From: Lama guanicoe
Taxonomy: Eukaryota
Direction of reading: 5' to 3'
Length of the DNA stretch: 64,000 nucleotides
NCBI GenBank assembly: GCA_013239625.1
Contig: MU056000.1
Location: forward strand, 7,975,214-8,039,213
Shown here piece after piece: positions 23,562 through 35,650 of this stretch. The notes beneath the pieces were generated by a model. It made no database searches. It was given only the letters and a program-made list of their open reading frames with translations, and was not told the origin of the DNA. A program made the position numbers and the translations under genes. How positions within the stretch are numbered: the first letter of the stretch is position 1; the number at the start of each line of letters is the position of its first letter.

Positions 23562-25059
23562 CTGAGTCCCAACCAACGTGCAAGAAGGCTTTTCAGGTGT
23601 AGAGTTCACAGTAATGCTCACAGTAACCATGGGGTCACCGACAGTTAGGGGTGCACATTTTACAGCTGGAAACAAAAGCTTAGAAAAATGATGTACTGAA
23701 GCCATCACCCCGCTTATAAACAGCAGAGCAAACGAAAATGTCTGTGACTCCAAAACTCAAGTTCATAGCTACTCAACTCCTGGCCTCTGGAGGACCTCTC
23801 CTGACGCCTTCCCAGGCTGGGACAAGGTCGCATGCAGGTGGCCCTCACGGCCCTCACACCAGCTCTGGTGCACAATATTGCAGAGTTTGCACTTAAGATA
23901 CTCCTTAAGGTGAACCATGGAAACAGAAACTTGAATAAAACAATGCATTTGATTTCAGACAAGCCCCTGTTCACAGAGAAGGTCCCAAAGGCAATCTTAT
24001 TTTTATCTCATTTATCAGCCGTGTTATTTAAAACGAAACGAGTCATAAACGAATCGAACATGCTTGGCTGCACATTTTTTACTGTTTCTTTTACAATGCA
24101 AACATACCATTAAAATGGTAGCATCACACTGTGCACAAATAATGAAAAAACTGAATTCTGAAAACATTTCAAAGTTTATACTTCATCTTCACACGCAGTG
24201 TGTGACTACATGACAAAGCAACTAACAACCCAAACATTTCCTCGCTATTTCAAAGAGAGAATTATGCAAAGTAGTGAATACGGAACATAACTGCCTTTTC
24301 TTTAAGCATTAACCATGCTCCTCAAAGAAATGTGTACTGTCTTTTTAAAAAAGATATCCTAGGGCAGAGTTGGGAGTTGTTCTGGAAAACTCTCTTTGTG
24401 GGAAAGCTATCCTCAAACCAGCACAGACCAGGGCTAAATCTAAAGAAGCAGTTCTCAAAGTCTGGTCCAGGAACCCCTGGACTCCTTTCCCGGAACCTCT
24501 AAGGATAAGACTATTGTCAGATCAATACCAAGGTCTTATTTGGACTTCTGACGTTGTTGACATTCCCCCCGAAGCTGCAGAGGCAATGGTGGGTAAAACT
24601 GCTGGTACGTTTGCAGAAATCAAGCCAGCGACATCAAACTGATCCCTGCAGCCATTATATTCGTCACTGTCACATACTGGCAGTTAAAAAAAAAAGTGCC
24701 AGTTCCAATTAAGAATGTCCTTGACACAGCAGTAAAATTGATTAATTTTATTAAATCTTGACCCTTGATTGCACTTCTTTTTAATATTCTAGGTGATAAA
24801 ATGGAAACAACGCATAAAGCGCTTCTGCTTTATGACGATTCTCTCCTGTAGAAGCACTTGCTTGTGTGCCGAGATGTGAAATGAGCCAGCCGCTCTCTTC
24901 ATGGGACACTAGTTTTACTCCAAAGAAAGACTGACAGACAAGCTACGGTTACTCAGTCTTGAGTATTTGCAGGCATTTTCTTATGAACCACGATGGACAA
25001 AGTGAGCCCCTGTCTTCAAGGAAAGTAACTGACAGTATTCAAACTTCCATGACAATATT

Positions 25060-25997
25060 AATTAAGCAGTTCTCCAATGAAGACATACAAGAGGCCAACA
25101 GGTACATGAAAAAATCCTCAATATCACTAATTATCAGAGAAATGAAAACCAAAACTACAATGAGGTATCACCTCATACCAGTCAGAATGGCCATCATTCA
25201 AAAGTCCACAAACAATAAATGCCGGAGAGAGTGTGGAGAAAAGGGAACCCTCCTGCACTGCTGGTGGGAATGCAGTTTGGTGCAGCCTTTACAGAAAACA
25301 GTATGGAGATTCCTGAAAAAACTAAAAATAGACCTCCCCTATGACCCAGCAATCCTACTGCTGGGCATATATCCAGTGGGACTAATTTGAAAAGATACAC
25401 GAACCCCAGTGTTCACAGCAGCACTATATACAATAGCCAAGACATGGAAGCAACCTAAATGTCCATGGACAGATGACTGGATAAAGAAGTTGTGGTATAT
25501 TTATGTGATGGAATAACTCAGCCATTAAAAAGAATAAAATAATGCCATTTGCAGCAACATGGATGGACCTAGAGATTATCATTCTAAGTGAAGTAAGCCA
25601 GAAAGAAAAATACTGTATATCACTCATATGAATCTAAAAAAGAAAAAAAAAAGGAAAAAGTGGACACTAATGAATTCATCTACGAAACAGAAACAGAGTT
25701 GCAGATATAGGAAGTAATCTTATGGTTACTGGGGGAAAAGGGAGAAGAAGGGATAAATCTGGGAGTTTGAGATTTGCAAATGATAACCACTATATATAAA
25801 AATAGATTAAAAAACAGATTTCTTCTGTATAGCACAGGGAACTATATTCAATATCCTGTAATAAACTTTAAGAAAAAAGAACATGAAAACAAATATATGT
25901 ATGTACATGCATGACTGGGACATTATGCTGTACACCAGAAACTGACACATTGTAACTGACTATACTTAAATTAAAAAAAAAAAAGAAAAGAAAAAAG
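25060..25997 (+). mobile_element. 5'-truncated L1 (ORF2 cysteine-rich region, 3'UTR, A-rich tail)
   Basis: ORF 24959-25390 contains [19 protein letters not shown] and [14 protein letters not shown] of L1 ORF2p, followed by a premature stop. A-rich tail at 25973-25997. Confidence 0.93.
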
Positions 25998-26191
25998 AAT
26001 ATGGGAAACCTTGGACCAGCCACCTTGAATTTAAATATTTCCTAGTATACAAATACTTTCTCATGATATTATTGGTAATACTAACAAACATGACTTTTAA
26101 AAATATGTCATTTAATGAAATATATCAACCTTCAGAATGTCAGCACCATCAGCAGTACACAGCAACGTCACACATGGGTAAGAGACCCACT

Positions 26192-26840
26192 GATGGCAAC
26201 TGCACCCCAGTGTTCATAGCAGCACTATTTACAATAGCCAAGACATGGAGACAGCCTAAACGTCCATCAACAGGTGACTAGATAAAGAAGAGGTGGTATA
26301 TTTATACAATGGAATACTACGCAGCCATAAAAACGACAACATAATGCCATTTGCAGCAACATGGATGCTCCTGGAGAATGTCATTCTAAGTGAAGTAAGA
26401 CTTAGAATGAGTCTTACTTCACTTAGAATGACAAAGAGAAAGAAAGATACCATATGAGATCGCTCATATGTGGAATCTAAAAAAAACAAAAACAAAAACA
26501 AAAACAAACAAAGCATAAATACAAAACAGAAACAGACTCATAGACATAGAATACAAACTTGTGGTTGCCAAGGGGGCGGAGGGCGGGAAGGGATAGACTG
26601 GAATTTCAAAATTGTAGAATTGATAAACAAGATTATACTGTATAGCATAGGGAAATATATACAAGATCTTACGGTCGCTCACAGAGAAAAAAATGTGACA
26701 ATGAATATATATATGTTCATGTATAACTGAAAAATGAATATATTTCATGTATAAATGAAAAATTGTGCTCTACACTGGAATTTGACACAATATTGTAAAA
26801 TTATTATAAATCAATAAAAAATGTTAAAAAAAAAAGAGAG
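26192..26840 (+). mobile_element. Young 5'-truncated L1, same subfamily as 752-1350, with 11-bp TSD
   Basis: Highly similar to 752-1350; AGAGACCCACT at 26181-26191 and 26841-26851. Confidence 0.95.
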
Positions 26841-28199
26841 AGAGACCCACTCAGCTAGTCACAATCCATTCAAGACCGAGCAGTGGATTTATGTAACACA
26901 GTACAAAAAGTTCATTGCTGCATTTTAAAATTCCTTGTTTCTACTAACTTTTAAGAAACTACAACTTACAGAGTTTTGATGCAATATTAAAGAATAAAAT
27001 CATCTAAAAATTTATAAGAACATTCCTTCCTTTTCCAACTACATATCTGTGTGAGGCCAGATTTTCCTCACGTATTTCAAACAAAACGTATTACAACAGA
27101 CTAACCAAAGAAGCAGATATGAGAACATAGCCAGCCAGCAGAGAGATTTTCAAAAATATGCGAGAATGGCATATTTGGAAAAATACTGTTATTTTAAATG
27201 AAATACGTACATCAATACATAAGGGTTTAGTATCATGACTTTAAAATGAATTCTCAATGAATACATTAAATCCCATATTTAAACATGTCTCAATTTTGAA
27301 ACCTGACACACTACATATTAGTAGATGTAACTCACACAGACAAAAGCTCTTTGAGTTCTTCTGCAATTGTTAAGTCTAGAAGAACGAGTGGGAGTCCCAT
27401 ATTTTGAGAACCACTGTCCCCAAGGATTTGAATGGAAGAGCTGGAGACAATGAAATAATAGGCCAAAGGATGCCTGAGTATGGATTTCATTCCAAGATGC
27501 AGAAATTTATTCCACTTACCATCATCTGACAGGTTTCCAAGAGACTATATTTTTAATTACTTTCACCTCAAAACTTATAGTGATAGTTGAGACAGGAGGA
27601 AAACACCATCCATCCTGATGTTTGAATGTCAGTTAGCACCTTACACTCTGGACAAGCTGGCTGATAAAGGGCTTTGGTGCTGAGCACAGCCTTACAAAGT
27701 CACCTTTCTCTACTTCTGCCGAATGACATCACATTTCTAAGTTGGTAAATTGCACCTAAGGAACTATGTCACTGTAATGGCATCCAGTCATCAAAGCTTC
27801 ATGCCTTACCAAAAGCATGACGATTTTTAAACGATACAAAATCCTTACAAAGTAAATGGTTGTCTCTTGTTCCCTGACCAGATGCTAAAGCTTGGAAAGC
27901 AACATCGAAATCTGAAGAGTAAAATTCCTTTCTCCTAAACCCTGTATACTTCGCTTTGAAAATGTCTAAATAATTGGATTATCTCTCATTTAGTTGTGTC
28001 TCTCAACAAGCTAGTTCTGTTAATCCCATGATCTTGTTTCTGCTGATTTTATCCACAAACACATTCCTAAAGGAGGATTTTCAAATTGCTCATGCCAGGC
28101 TTTTCTGCACAGTCGGTATGGAAGTGAGCCTCACCGGCATGGGCTGCCCCCCATGAACCCAAACTCCATGATATACAGTCTGAATGATGCTGCAAGTGA

Positions 28200-28345
28200 C
28201 ACGTGTGTCTGCGTCTCAGCTTCTTCAGCTGCGAAACAGGGCCAGGAATAGTCCTCCACAGGGTTTTGTGAGAATTAAAGTGAGCTGTATTTGGTGAACA
28301 CTTGAGAACAGTGCCTGGTGTATGGTGGCCCCTTACTAAAGTACA
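28200..28345 (+). mobile_element. MIR SINE fragment
   Basis: CAGGGTTTTGTGAGAATTAAAGTGAG...CACTTGAGAACAGTGCCTGGTGTATGG. Confidence 0.75.
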
Positions 28346-28966
28346 GCTGATAAATCTATCAACTTGTGTCATGTTTCCATGACAAGTGTCCAGAAAACCT
28401 TGGGTTCCTCTGCTGAGACGGGTCTGACCCCTTGCTGAGGGCACGTCCAGACTGAGACCACCGAGGAAGACAACTGCCCAGTCTCGACAAGCAGAATGCC
28501 GGGGCCTTGCCAGCCATGCAGACACCTTGGCACCTGCAGCCAGCTTGGATCCTTACACAGTCACGTATCTTTACACAATCACTTCCAGCACCAGTGCGTC
28601 TCATTACTCTGACGCAGCAGGTAAAAGCGGCGGCTGGTTGATGGGTATGAAACATACACATGAAGACATTAGACATGATGCTCTCAAAAGAAATAATCCC
28701 ATTTCCTGGTTGTTGTCATCCATTTGTTCGCTTCTGAGTTTGATGCTGTAGAGTCTGTGGCCTCTGGGGGAGCAAAGACCCCTTTGCAGGATGGATGATC
28801 TTATCGCCCCTGCCCATGGCATCATGAATCAGGCGGATAACACTCAGATTTCCCGAATGGGGAAAACAGAGACGGTTCCCTGCTCTTCTGAGTGGGGTGT
28901 AGGTTTGGTCTCTAGCAGATGAGAGTGGGATTGTGGTCCTGGAGGAGCAAATGTGGGTGGGAACTA

Positions 28967-29045
28967 GCCCCGCCTCCACTGAAAGGCAGGGAAGGCGGAT
29001 GGAGCAGAAGAGTATATAAAGGCTGAGAATTCTTAAGCAGAGGAA
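28967..29045 (+). promoter_or_regulatory. Candidate core promoter: GC box plus TATA box
   Basis: GCCCCGCCTC at 28967-28976 and TATATAAA at 29013-29020. Motif match only. Confidence 0.3.
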
Positions 29046-29249
29046 ACTATTCTGCCTGGTGACCCGCCGGTCCTTGGTCATCACCGGCAGCCTCAAAGAT
29101 GCCCACTGTCATGCTTTCCTGGTTCCTCGGGTCCAGGCAGCCTCCCCACCTGCTCCTTCTCCCCTGAAGGTTTCCAGTGTGATGACCAGGCTTGGGGCTT
29201 CACTGACTACAGAACCCCCAGTCACCCACACTGCACCCCCCAAGCCCAG

Positions 29250-29427
29250 ACATTTCCAGATTTAGCGAATAAAACTACAGGACACCCAATTCAACTGGAA
29301 GTTCAGCCAAACAGCCAGTTTCTAGTGTATGTCCCATGCCATATTTGAAACACAGTTAAACTAAAATGTGTTTGTTTATCTGAAGTTGAATTTTAACTGG
29401 ACATCCTGTATTTTCTCCGGCAGCCCC
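29250..29427. mobile_element. MER53-like palindromic hAT MITE
   Basis: CCAGATTTAGCGAATAAAACTACAGGACACCCA...GTCCCATGCCATATTTG...TTTAACTGGACATCCTGTATTTT, internally self-complementary. Confidence 0.85.
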
Positions 29428-31689
29428 AGCCCTGCCCCACTATCTGCGCAGCCTCTCCTCCTCTGAGCAGCCCCCCATCCCCCTCCCATCCTCTCCAGTG
29501 TAGCAGGCTTTTGTGAGGGATGCTGTCCTCGGACAGGACGAGTCTGCAGCACAGGCTTCCCCTGGGATTACAGATGGTGGGGGGAGGAATAAAAAAGAAC
29601 TAAACAGGAATAAGTATCTTCGTATGTGATCCGTCCACATCTGCTTCCTCACCCAGGGTCCAGCAAACAGGAAAAAGGTTTGATCCTCTCAACTGAAGTA
29701 GCTGAAATGAACTAGGAGATCAATTAGATTCCAAAGCCTGAGCTTCCAGGACTATGGGTTGAGGTGTGGACCATGAAAGGTCTGCATTATCATTTAAAAA
29801 ATTTAATGCAAACAGCCATGAACAGCTTGTTCTTAAAGGATTCCCTCAAACTTGATGATTTTTCCCTCGTTTTGCCCCTCTCCAAGACTCTAAAAAATAT
29901 ATAACAATCCATTTTTGTTTCCTGAAGATTCATTCTTAGGAGAGAAAAAAAGCACAATATTTTAGATCCTTAGGAATGATCCTTCACTCAGCACTGCAGT
30001 CAAGGGCAATTTGCAAGGACAGGGAATGTGTTAAAACACTTCTGTTTCAACCCTAAAATGTGCATTTTTGTATTAAAATCACATACTACATATTCATTAC
30101 AAGCACTGGAAGAGCACCCCGTTCCTGTCCCTCCTGTCCCCCGGGAAGAAGAAAAGATGGCTCTTTGCAGACTCAGTTGCTCTGGATTTTCCGCTCATCC
30201 TTCCCACAGAGGTGACTTTCTCCAGGAGCGCGCTGACCTTTACTGCCCCGTTATGTTCTAGTCCAGGTAGGTTTCAATTTGAATGACTGAGGGTGTCCTC
30301 AGGAAAATGAGTAAATCAGAGGAGGGCAGGGAAGATTCTCAGAAGGAACAGGGCAGCTGGGAGCGCGTGCATCCAGGACAGGTGCGGGAATTAGATCACA
30401 GTCCAATCAGAAGCCTACACTAAAGTCGCTTCCCTAGGCTAGTGGTCCGGCTTTTGCTTTCTCATTCATTGGTCTCTGCTCTCTGCGATTTGTGGATAAA
30501 ATTCTTCCCCCAGAGGTTGGCCTGTTTCATCTGTTCCAAGAGGGAGGGACGGAAGGGGGGCTGTGTTTCTCGGGGTAGGTGGTGCTCTCCTAGTTGGTGG
30601 GTGTGACCATCACCCCTAATCAGAGGGAAGGCTGTAGGCAGAGGGAAAGGTCAAGGGAGATGGAGAGGGTGTGGTTCTTACAGAGCCCTCCCTGACCTGG
30701 AGATGGTCCTTCTCACCCTCTGGGCTGAAATCTTGGAGATATGTGCTCTGGTTTCAACAAAGGAAGTTGTTCCCTTATACCCCACAGTCCACTCCTAAGC
30801 TATTTGTCTGGTGTCGTGGGAGAGAGAATCAGGTGCGAGGCTGGGGGCTGGCAGCAAATCCCATCAATACTGAATGTGAGAAGAACTGGGCTCACCTGCC
30901 TCTGGGTGACTTAGAGAAAGGCAGGAAGAAAAGTTTTGCTAAGCTCACCAGCTCTCTACTGACCGTTACTAGAGAGGAGACCATGCTGAAGAGCCACGTC
31001 CAACTCCAAAGGCAGCCCCTGCTCCCCAGCTCTGCGAGCTGCCTGGGCGGCTGAGGGCAGCAGGGGGAAACCACCTCCTGGCAAGGTGAGGAGGTGAAAA
31101 TGCCCAGCATTATGCCCCCCTGCATCCTGGGGCGGCCCCTGGCGGGTTTCCCAAATGCAGAGAGAAGCCAGAGGGCCATTTCAGATGCCCTCTCTCCTCC
31201 GGAGACCCCGTCCCTCCTCTTGACCTACGTGCCCCACAGAGTCATCCTCGAGTGCTCACCCTGGGGTGGGCGGTGGGTGGCTAGACCTTGAACCCTACTT
31301 GGACTTGCTGGCTTCCTCACCCAATCTTCGGCACGCGGTGCCTCACGTTGCTACGTCACTGTGTTTTCTGTGTGTCTTTCCCTTCAAGACTGTGAACATC
31401 CCCAGGTCATGGGCTGCCCCCGAAACTTCACTCCTTTTCTATGCAGTGCTTAGACTATTCCCTGGCATATAGCAGGTTCTTATAAACACAGCCGAACTGA
31501 ACTGAGTTTGCTACTAGAGATATAAATTGAGGCTCCGGTGGGCAGAAAGACTATCACTCCTGACATCAGGATAAAGCTAATTCCTGCTTACTCAGTCTTG
31601 TTACAGTTTGCTCCTGGAATCCAGCAGGCACAGTCCGGTATGGGGGCTACAAGATTCCAGCGCGGGCTTGGGAAGCAGACGGCCTCCCT

Positions 31690-31893
31690 GAATTCCAGAA
31701 CTCTTCCCATGAGGTCTGTGGCTCTGGGCAAGTTCCCCCTCAGCTGAAGCCTCAGTTTCCTCCTTTTCTAAAACATGGGTGATAAGATGACGCTTTTTGC
31801 TGGGCTGTTGAGAGAACTTAACAATGTAATGATGCTAATTGTTGAAAGGGACGTCTGGCACCGGGGAGAGCGTTCGGCGAACTTCAGCCATTG
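31690..31893 (+). mobile_element. MIR SINE
   Basis: TGTGGCTCTGGGCAAGTT...GCCTCAGTTTCCTCC core. Confidence 0.75.
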
Positions 31894-31896
31894 GTA

Positions 31897-32546
31897 CAGA
31901 TCTTCCTCGACTTACTATGGGGTTACAGCCCAGTAAAACCACCGGAAGTTGCAAATATCTAAGTCGAAACAAGGTCCTACTGCTAAGCACAGGCGACTCT
32001 ATTCAATACCTTGTAATAACCTATAATGACAAACAATATGGAAAAATACGTACATGTTACACATGTATTAACTGAACCACCATGCTGTACACCTGAAGCT
32101 AACATAACATGGTAAATCAACTACACTTCATCAAAATAAAATGCATTTAATGCACCTAATTTACTGAACATCACAGCTTAGCCCAGCCTATGTTCAACGT
32201 GCACAGGACACATAATTCACCTACAACTGGGGTACATCCCCTAACACAAAGCCTATTTTATAATAAAGTGTTAATATCTCATGTAATTGATTGACAACAG
32301 GACTGAAAGTGAGAAAGAGAATGGTTGTCTGGGTTCAGTAAGGGTGGTTGACCCTGGTGATGTCGTGGCTGATTGGTTGCTGCGGCTCTGGCCACTGTCC
32401 AGCATCACGAGAGGATCACACTGCACATCGCTGCCCAGGAAAGATAAAAATTCAAAACCTCCAGTACAGCATCTACTGAATGCATAGCTCTTCTGCTCCA
32501 TCACAAAGCTGAATTTCTAAGTCAGTCCTAAGTCAGGGACCACTCG
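31897..32546 (+). mobile_element. Tigger-family element (MER47/Tigger5-like) with TA TSD and a nested L1 3' end (~31967-32140)
   Basis: TA|CAGATCTTCCTCGACTTACTATGGGGTTAC ... TAAGTCAGGGACCACTCG|TA. It is interrupted by AACAAGGTCCTACTG...TAAATCAACTACACTTCA, similar to the 3' end of the L1 at 35460-35630. Confidence 0.85.
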
Positions 32547-33659
32547 TATTTATCTGCTGGCCACAGTACAGTGATTACCGCTTCTTCTTCGTTCAAGAAT
32601 ATACTCCTGGTCACTGCTTTTCTCCTGGTGCTGCTTAATTCCCATCAGCAGGAAGGGTGAGGCAATGGGAAATCAACCTGTCTTCACCGTCCACTTTCAC
32701 TGTGCTTAGTCATCACCTCAGGCTAGTTCTTCGGGGTAGCCTGAATCTTGGTGCTCTTTCTAAAATGCGGATAACGGTGCCCAATCTACTGGTTGTTAAG
32801 GATTAGTACTTTATTAAAGCAACTTGTTGCACAATGAGCAACTTGATGAGTTTCTCCATTGCCTTTCTCACAGGCGCATGTGTGCGTGTGCACACACGGG
32901 CGCCCCATGCACACCTCCTTGCCGTGGCAGTAGCATCCTCCTTCGTGACTACCTCAATGCTGCTTACAGGTGCACTTCTCATCCCCAGAGAACCCAGGAT
33001 TTTGTGGGCTGGAAACTGATACGATAATTTTGTGTCTCTTTTTATAAAAAACTTAAAAGTACAAATACAAACGTAGGTTTTTTTCTTTAAGGATATTTAT
33101 TTTAAATGAGAACAGTGACAAGGAACAGTGGTGGGAGGGAAGGTCCTTCCAAGAGAGGGGTCAGGAATTCAGCTCTAAATCCACCCCCGAATTACTCCCC
33201 TTCCTCAACAGGCAGTCCACACATCCCGTGGTTAAGTCTCCCCTTTTCTGCCAGCCCTCCTTGTCCTGACTTGGCTCTGCTCTTGGGCTGTGAGTTCATC
33301 TCCTCTGGTTCCCTGAGGTCAGGGATCAGTCACCTTCCTTTCCCTCTTTTTTGACCAGTTTCCTCCGTCCATCCATTCCCTCCACTGGCCAGACGTCTCC
33401 ATGCATGCCCCACCAGCCCACGTCCAATGAGGAGGAGGAGTGAGTTTGGGAACCTCTGTATCCCCAGTTCCTTGCAGCCTGCCGGAGCTGTGTGTTTGCC
33501 AAATGAAAATGAATGAATGAATGAATGCGTCTCAGCATCCTGTCCACTCCCTGCTGGCAGTTTAAAGAGCACCTCTGGTTCTGTGATTGCTTCCCCAGGC
33601 CACCTCCCTCCCTCACTTCTTCACTCCCTTCCAGAGCTGGTGAATTAACACACGCTGAT

Positions 33660-33890
33660 GTAGCCCTTACCACAGACACAGCCTTATTCTGAGCATCTAT
33701 CAAACACTGACTCTTTTCATCTTCATAGCCCCCTGATGGGGCAGGCAGCATCACTATCATCTCCGTTTGACAGATGAGGAAACTGGTGCCCACAGCATGT
33801 AAGTGGATGCCCCAGGACCTCACAGCGAGGAAGGAGCAGAGGCAGGAGGCAAACACAGCATCCAACCTCCAGTCCTGGCTTTTCACACCT
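33660..33890 (-). mobile_element. MIR SINE
   Basis: ATCATCTCCGTTTGACAGATGAGGAAACTGG...GCCCCAGGACCTCACAGC. Confidence 0.75.
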
Positions 33891-34898
33891 GTGCTCTGCC
33901 CCCGTCTCCCTCCCTTGCTCCCTCCCCATTTCCAGGGCCCCAGGAGCTTCCAGGCTTCTCAAGTGTGCTTCCCACCCTCCCCCCTTCTTGATGACATCCC
34001 TGCGGCCACTTGGCCAGGCTGGTGCTGGTGGCTCACTGATCACAACTTATTGAATCCTTTATTATTTATGCATCCTTCCCACACTCAGCAGCCTCCCTCC
34101 CACTCCTTTTCTTTCATACATGTTTCTCAGTTCCTCCAGGAGCAGGGTACAGGGTTCGGACAGTGAAGCCGTGGCCGTCCCACGCCAGCAAGGCACACTC
34201 ACACCTGAAGCACACAGCTGCGGACTCGGTGCGCCGCCCAGGGGGAAGGTTAAGGACGCCAGGAAGGCTTTTAATAAAGAACGCGATTTAGACGGGCACG
34301 TGGTGGTGACGGATAAGAACGTGCTTCTCTTGTGCACACCTGAGAGCTGAGTAGGGTTGGCCTAGGGAGAACGGTGGGGCGTGTCCAAGGCCGAGGGATG
34401 CGCCCCCAGGAAGGCCTCAGATGGAAACGAGGCAGGCCCGTGCACGGCACTGAACAAAGGCCTCCCAGGCTGGCTCAGGATGCTCAGGATGAAGGCGGTT
34501 GTGACAGGTGGATGAGATGAGGTCCAGGCAGACAGATCAGGCACACTCTTAGAGGGTATTTTTTGTATGACTTCAGACTTGATCTTATAGGTAATGGGAA
34601 GACAATGAAGAAAGGATTTGCACTGGGGAAGAGCAAGTCAACTTCCATAATTAAAAATAAATATTCTGTGTGCTGTGAGAAGAATGCATTAGAAGGGAGC
34701 AGGGCAAGACGCACGAAGACGTCAGTGAGGAGGCTGGTTCGCAGTGGTGCAGGCAGGAGCGGGTGCGAGCTCGGCGCAGGGACGTGCAGGTGCAGTTGAA
34801 CATGACTGAACAGATTTGCACCGAAGCTGGAGGGTAGATATGGGCAAATAGTTGTTCTCAGTAAACATGTGGGTGAATTAAAAAGAATGGTCTCTCTG

Positions 34899-35650
34899 AA
34901 AAGGGAACCCTCCTGCACTGCTGGTGGGAATGTAATTTGTTGCAGTCACTATGAAGAATAGTGTGGAGATTCCTTTGAAAAGTAAAAATAGACTCACCAT
35001 ATGACTCCACCAATCCCTCTCCTGGGCATGTATCTGGAGAAAACTCTAATTTGAAAAGATACATGAACCCCAATGTTCATTGCAGCACTACTTACAACAG
35101 CCAAGACATGGAAACAACCTAAATGTCCATTGACAGATGACTGGATAAAAAAGCTGTGGTATATGTATATAATGGAATACGACTCAGCCATAAAAAGGAA
35201 TGAAATAATGCCATTTGCAGCAACATGGATGGACCTAGAGATGATCATACCAAGTGAAGTAAGCCAGAAAGAGGGAGAGAAGTACCACATGATATCATTT
35301 ATATACGGAATCTAAAAAATGATACAAATGAATTTACAAAACATAAACCGACTTACAGACATAAAAACAAATTTATGGTTATCAAAGGGGGAAGAGTGGG
35401 GGATAAAATAGGATTTTGGGATTAGCAGATACTAACTGCTATATATAAAATAGGTAGACAACAAGGTCCTACCCTATAGCACAGGGAACTATCTGCAGTA
35501 TCTTCTAATAACCTATAATGAAAAAGAATATGAAAAAGTATGTGTATATATATATATATATAACTGAATCACTATGCTGTAGACCAAAAATTAACACAAC
35601 TTTATGAATCAATTATACGTCAATAAAAAAGTTTTAAAAGAAAAAAAAAA
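34899..35650 (+). mobile_element. 5'-truncated L1 with 16-bp TSD
   Basis: MFIAALLTTAKTWKQPKCPLTDDWIKKLWY; poly-A ending ~35650; AAGAATGGTCTCTCTG (34883-34898) versus AAGAATGGACTCTCTG (35651-35666). Confidence 0.95.

Larger units (their letters stand above)
24446..27416. mobile_element. hAT-Charlie DNA transposon (Charlie1-like) carrying two nested L1 insertions
   Basis: Terminal inverted repeats (A)AGCAGTTCTCAAA at 24446 and TTTGAGAACCACTG ending at 27416. Internal CCTTTTCCAACTACATATCTGTGTGAGGCCAGATTTTCC encodes PFPTTYLCEARFS, a hAT dimerisation-domain motif. Confidence 0.85.

Noticed and set aside
33326..33886. 186-aa ORF
   Set aside because: Runs through a MIR and an (ATTC)n L2-like tail; no protein features.
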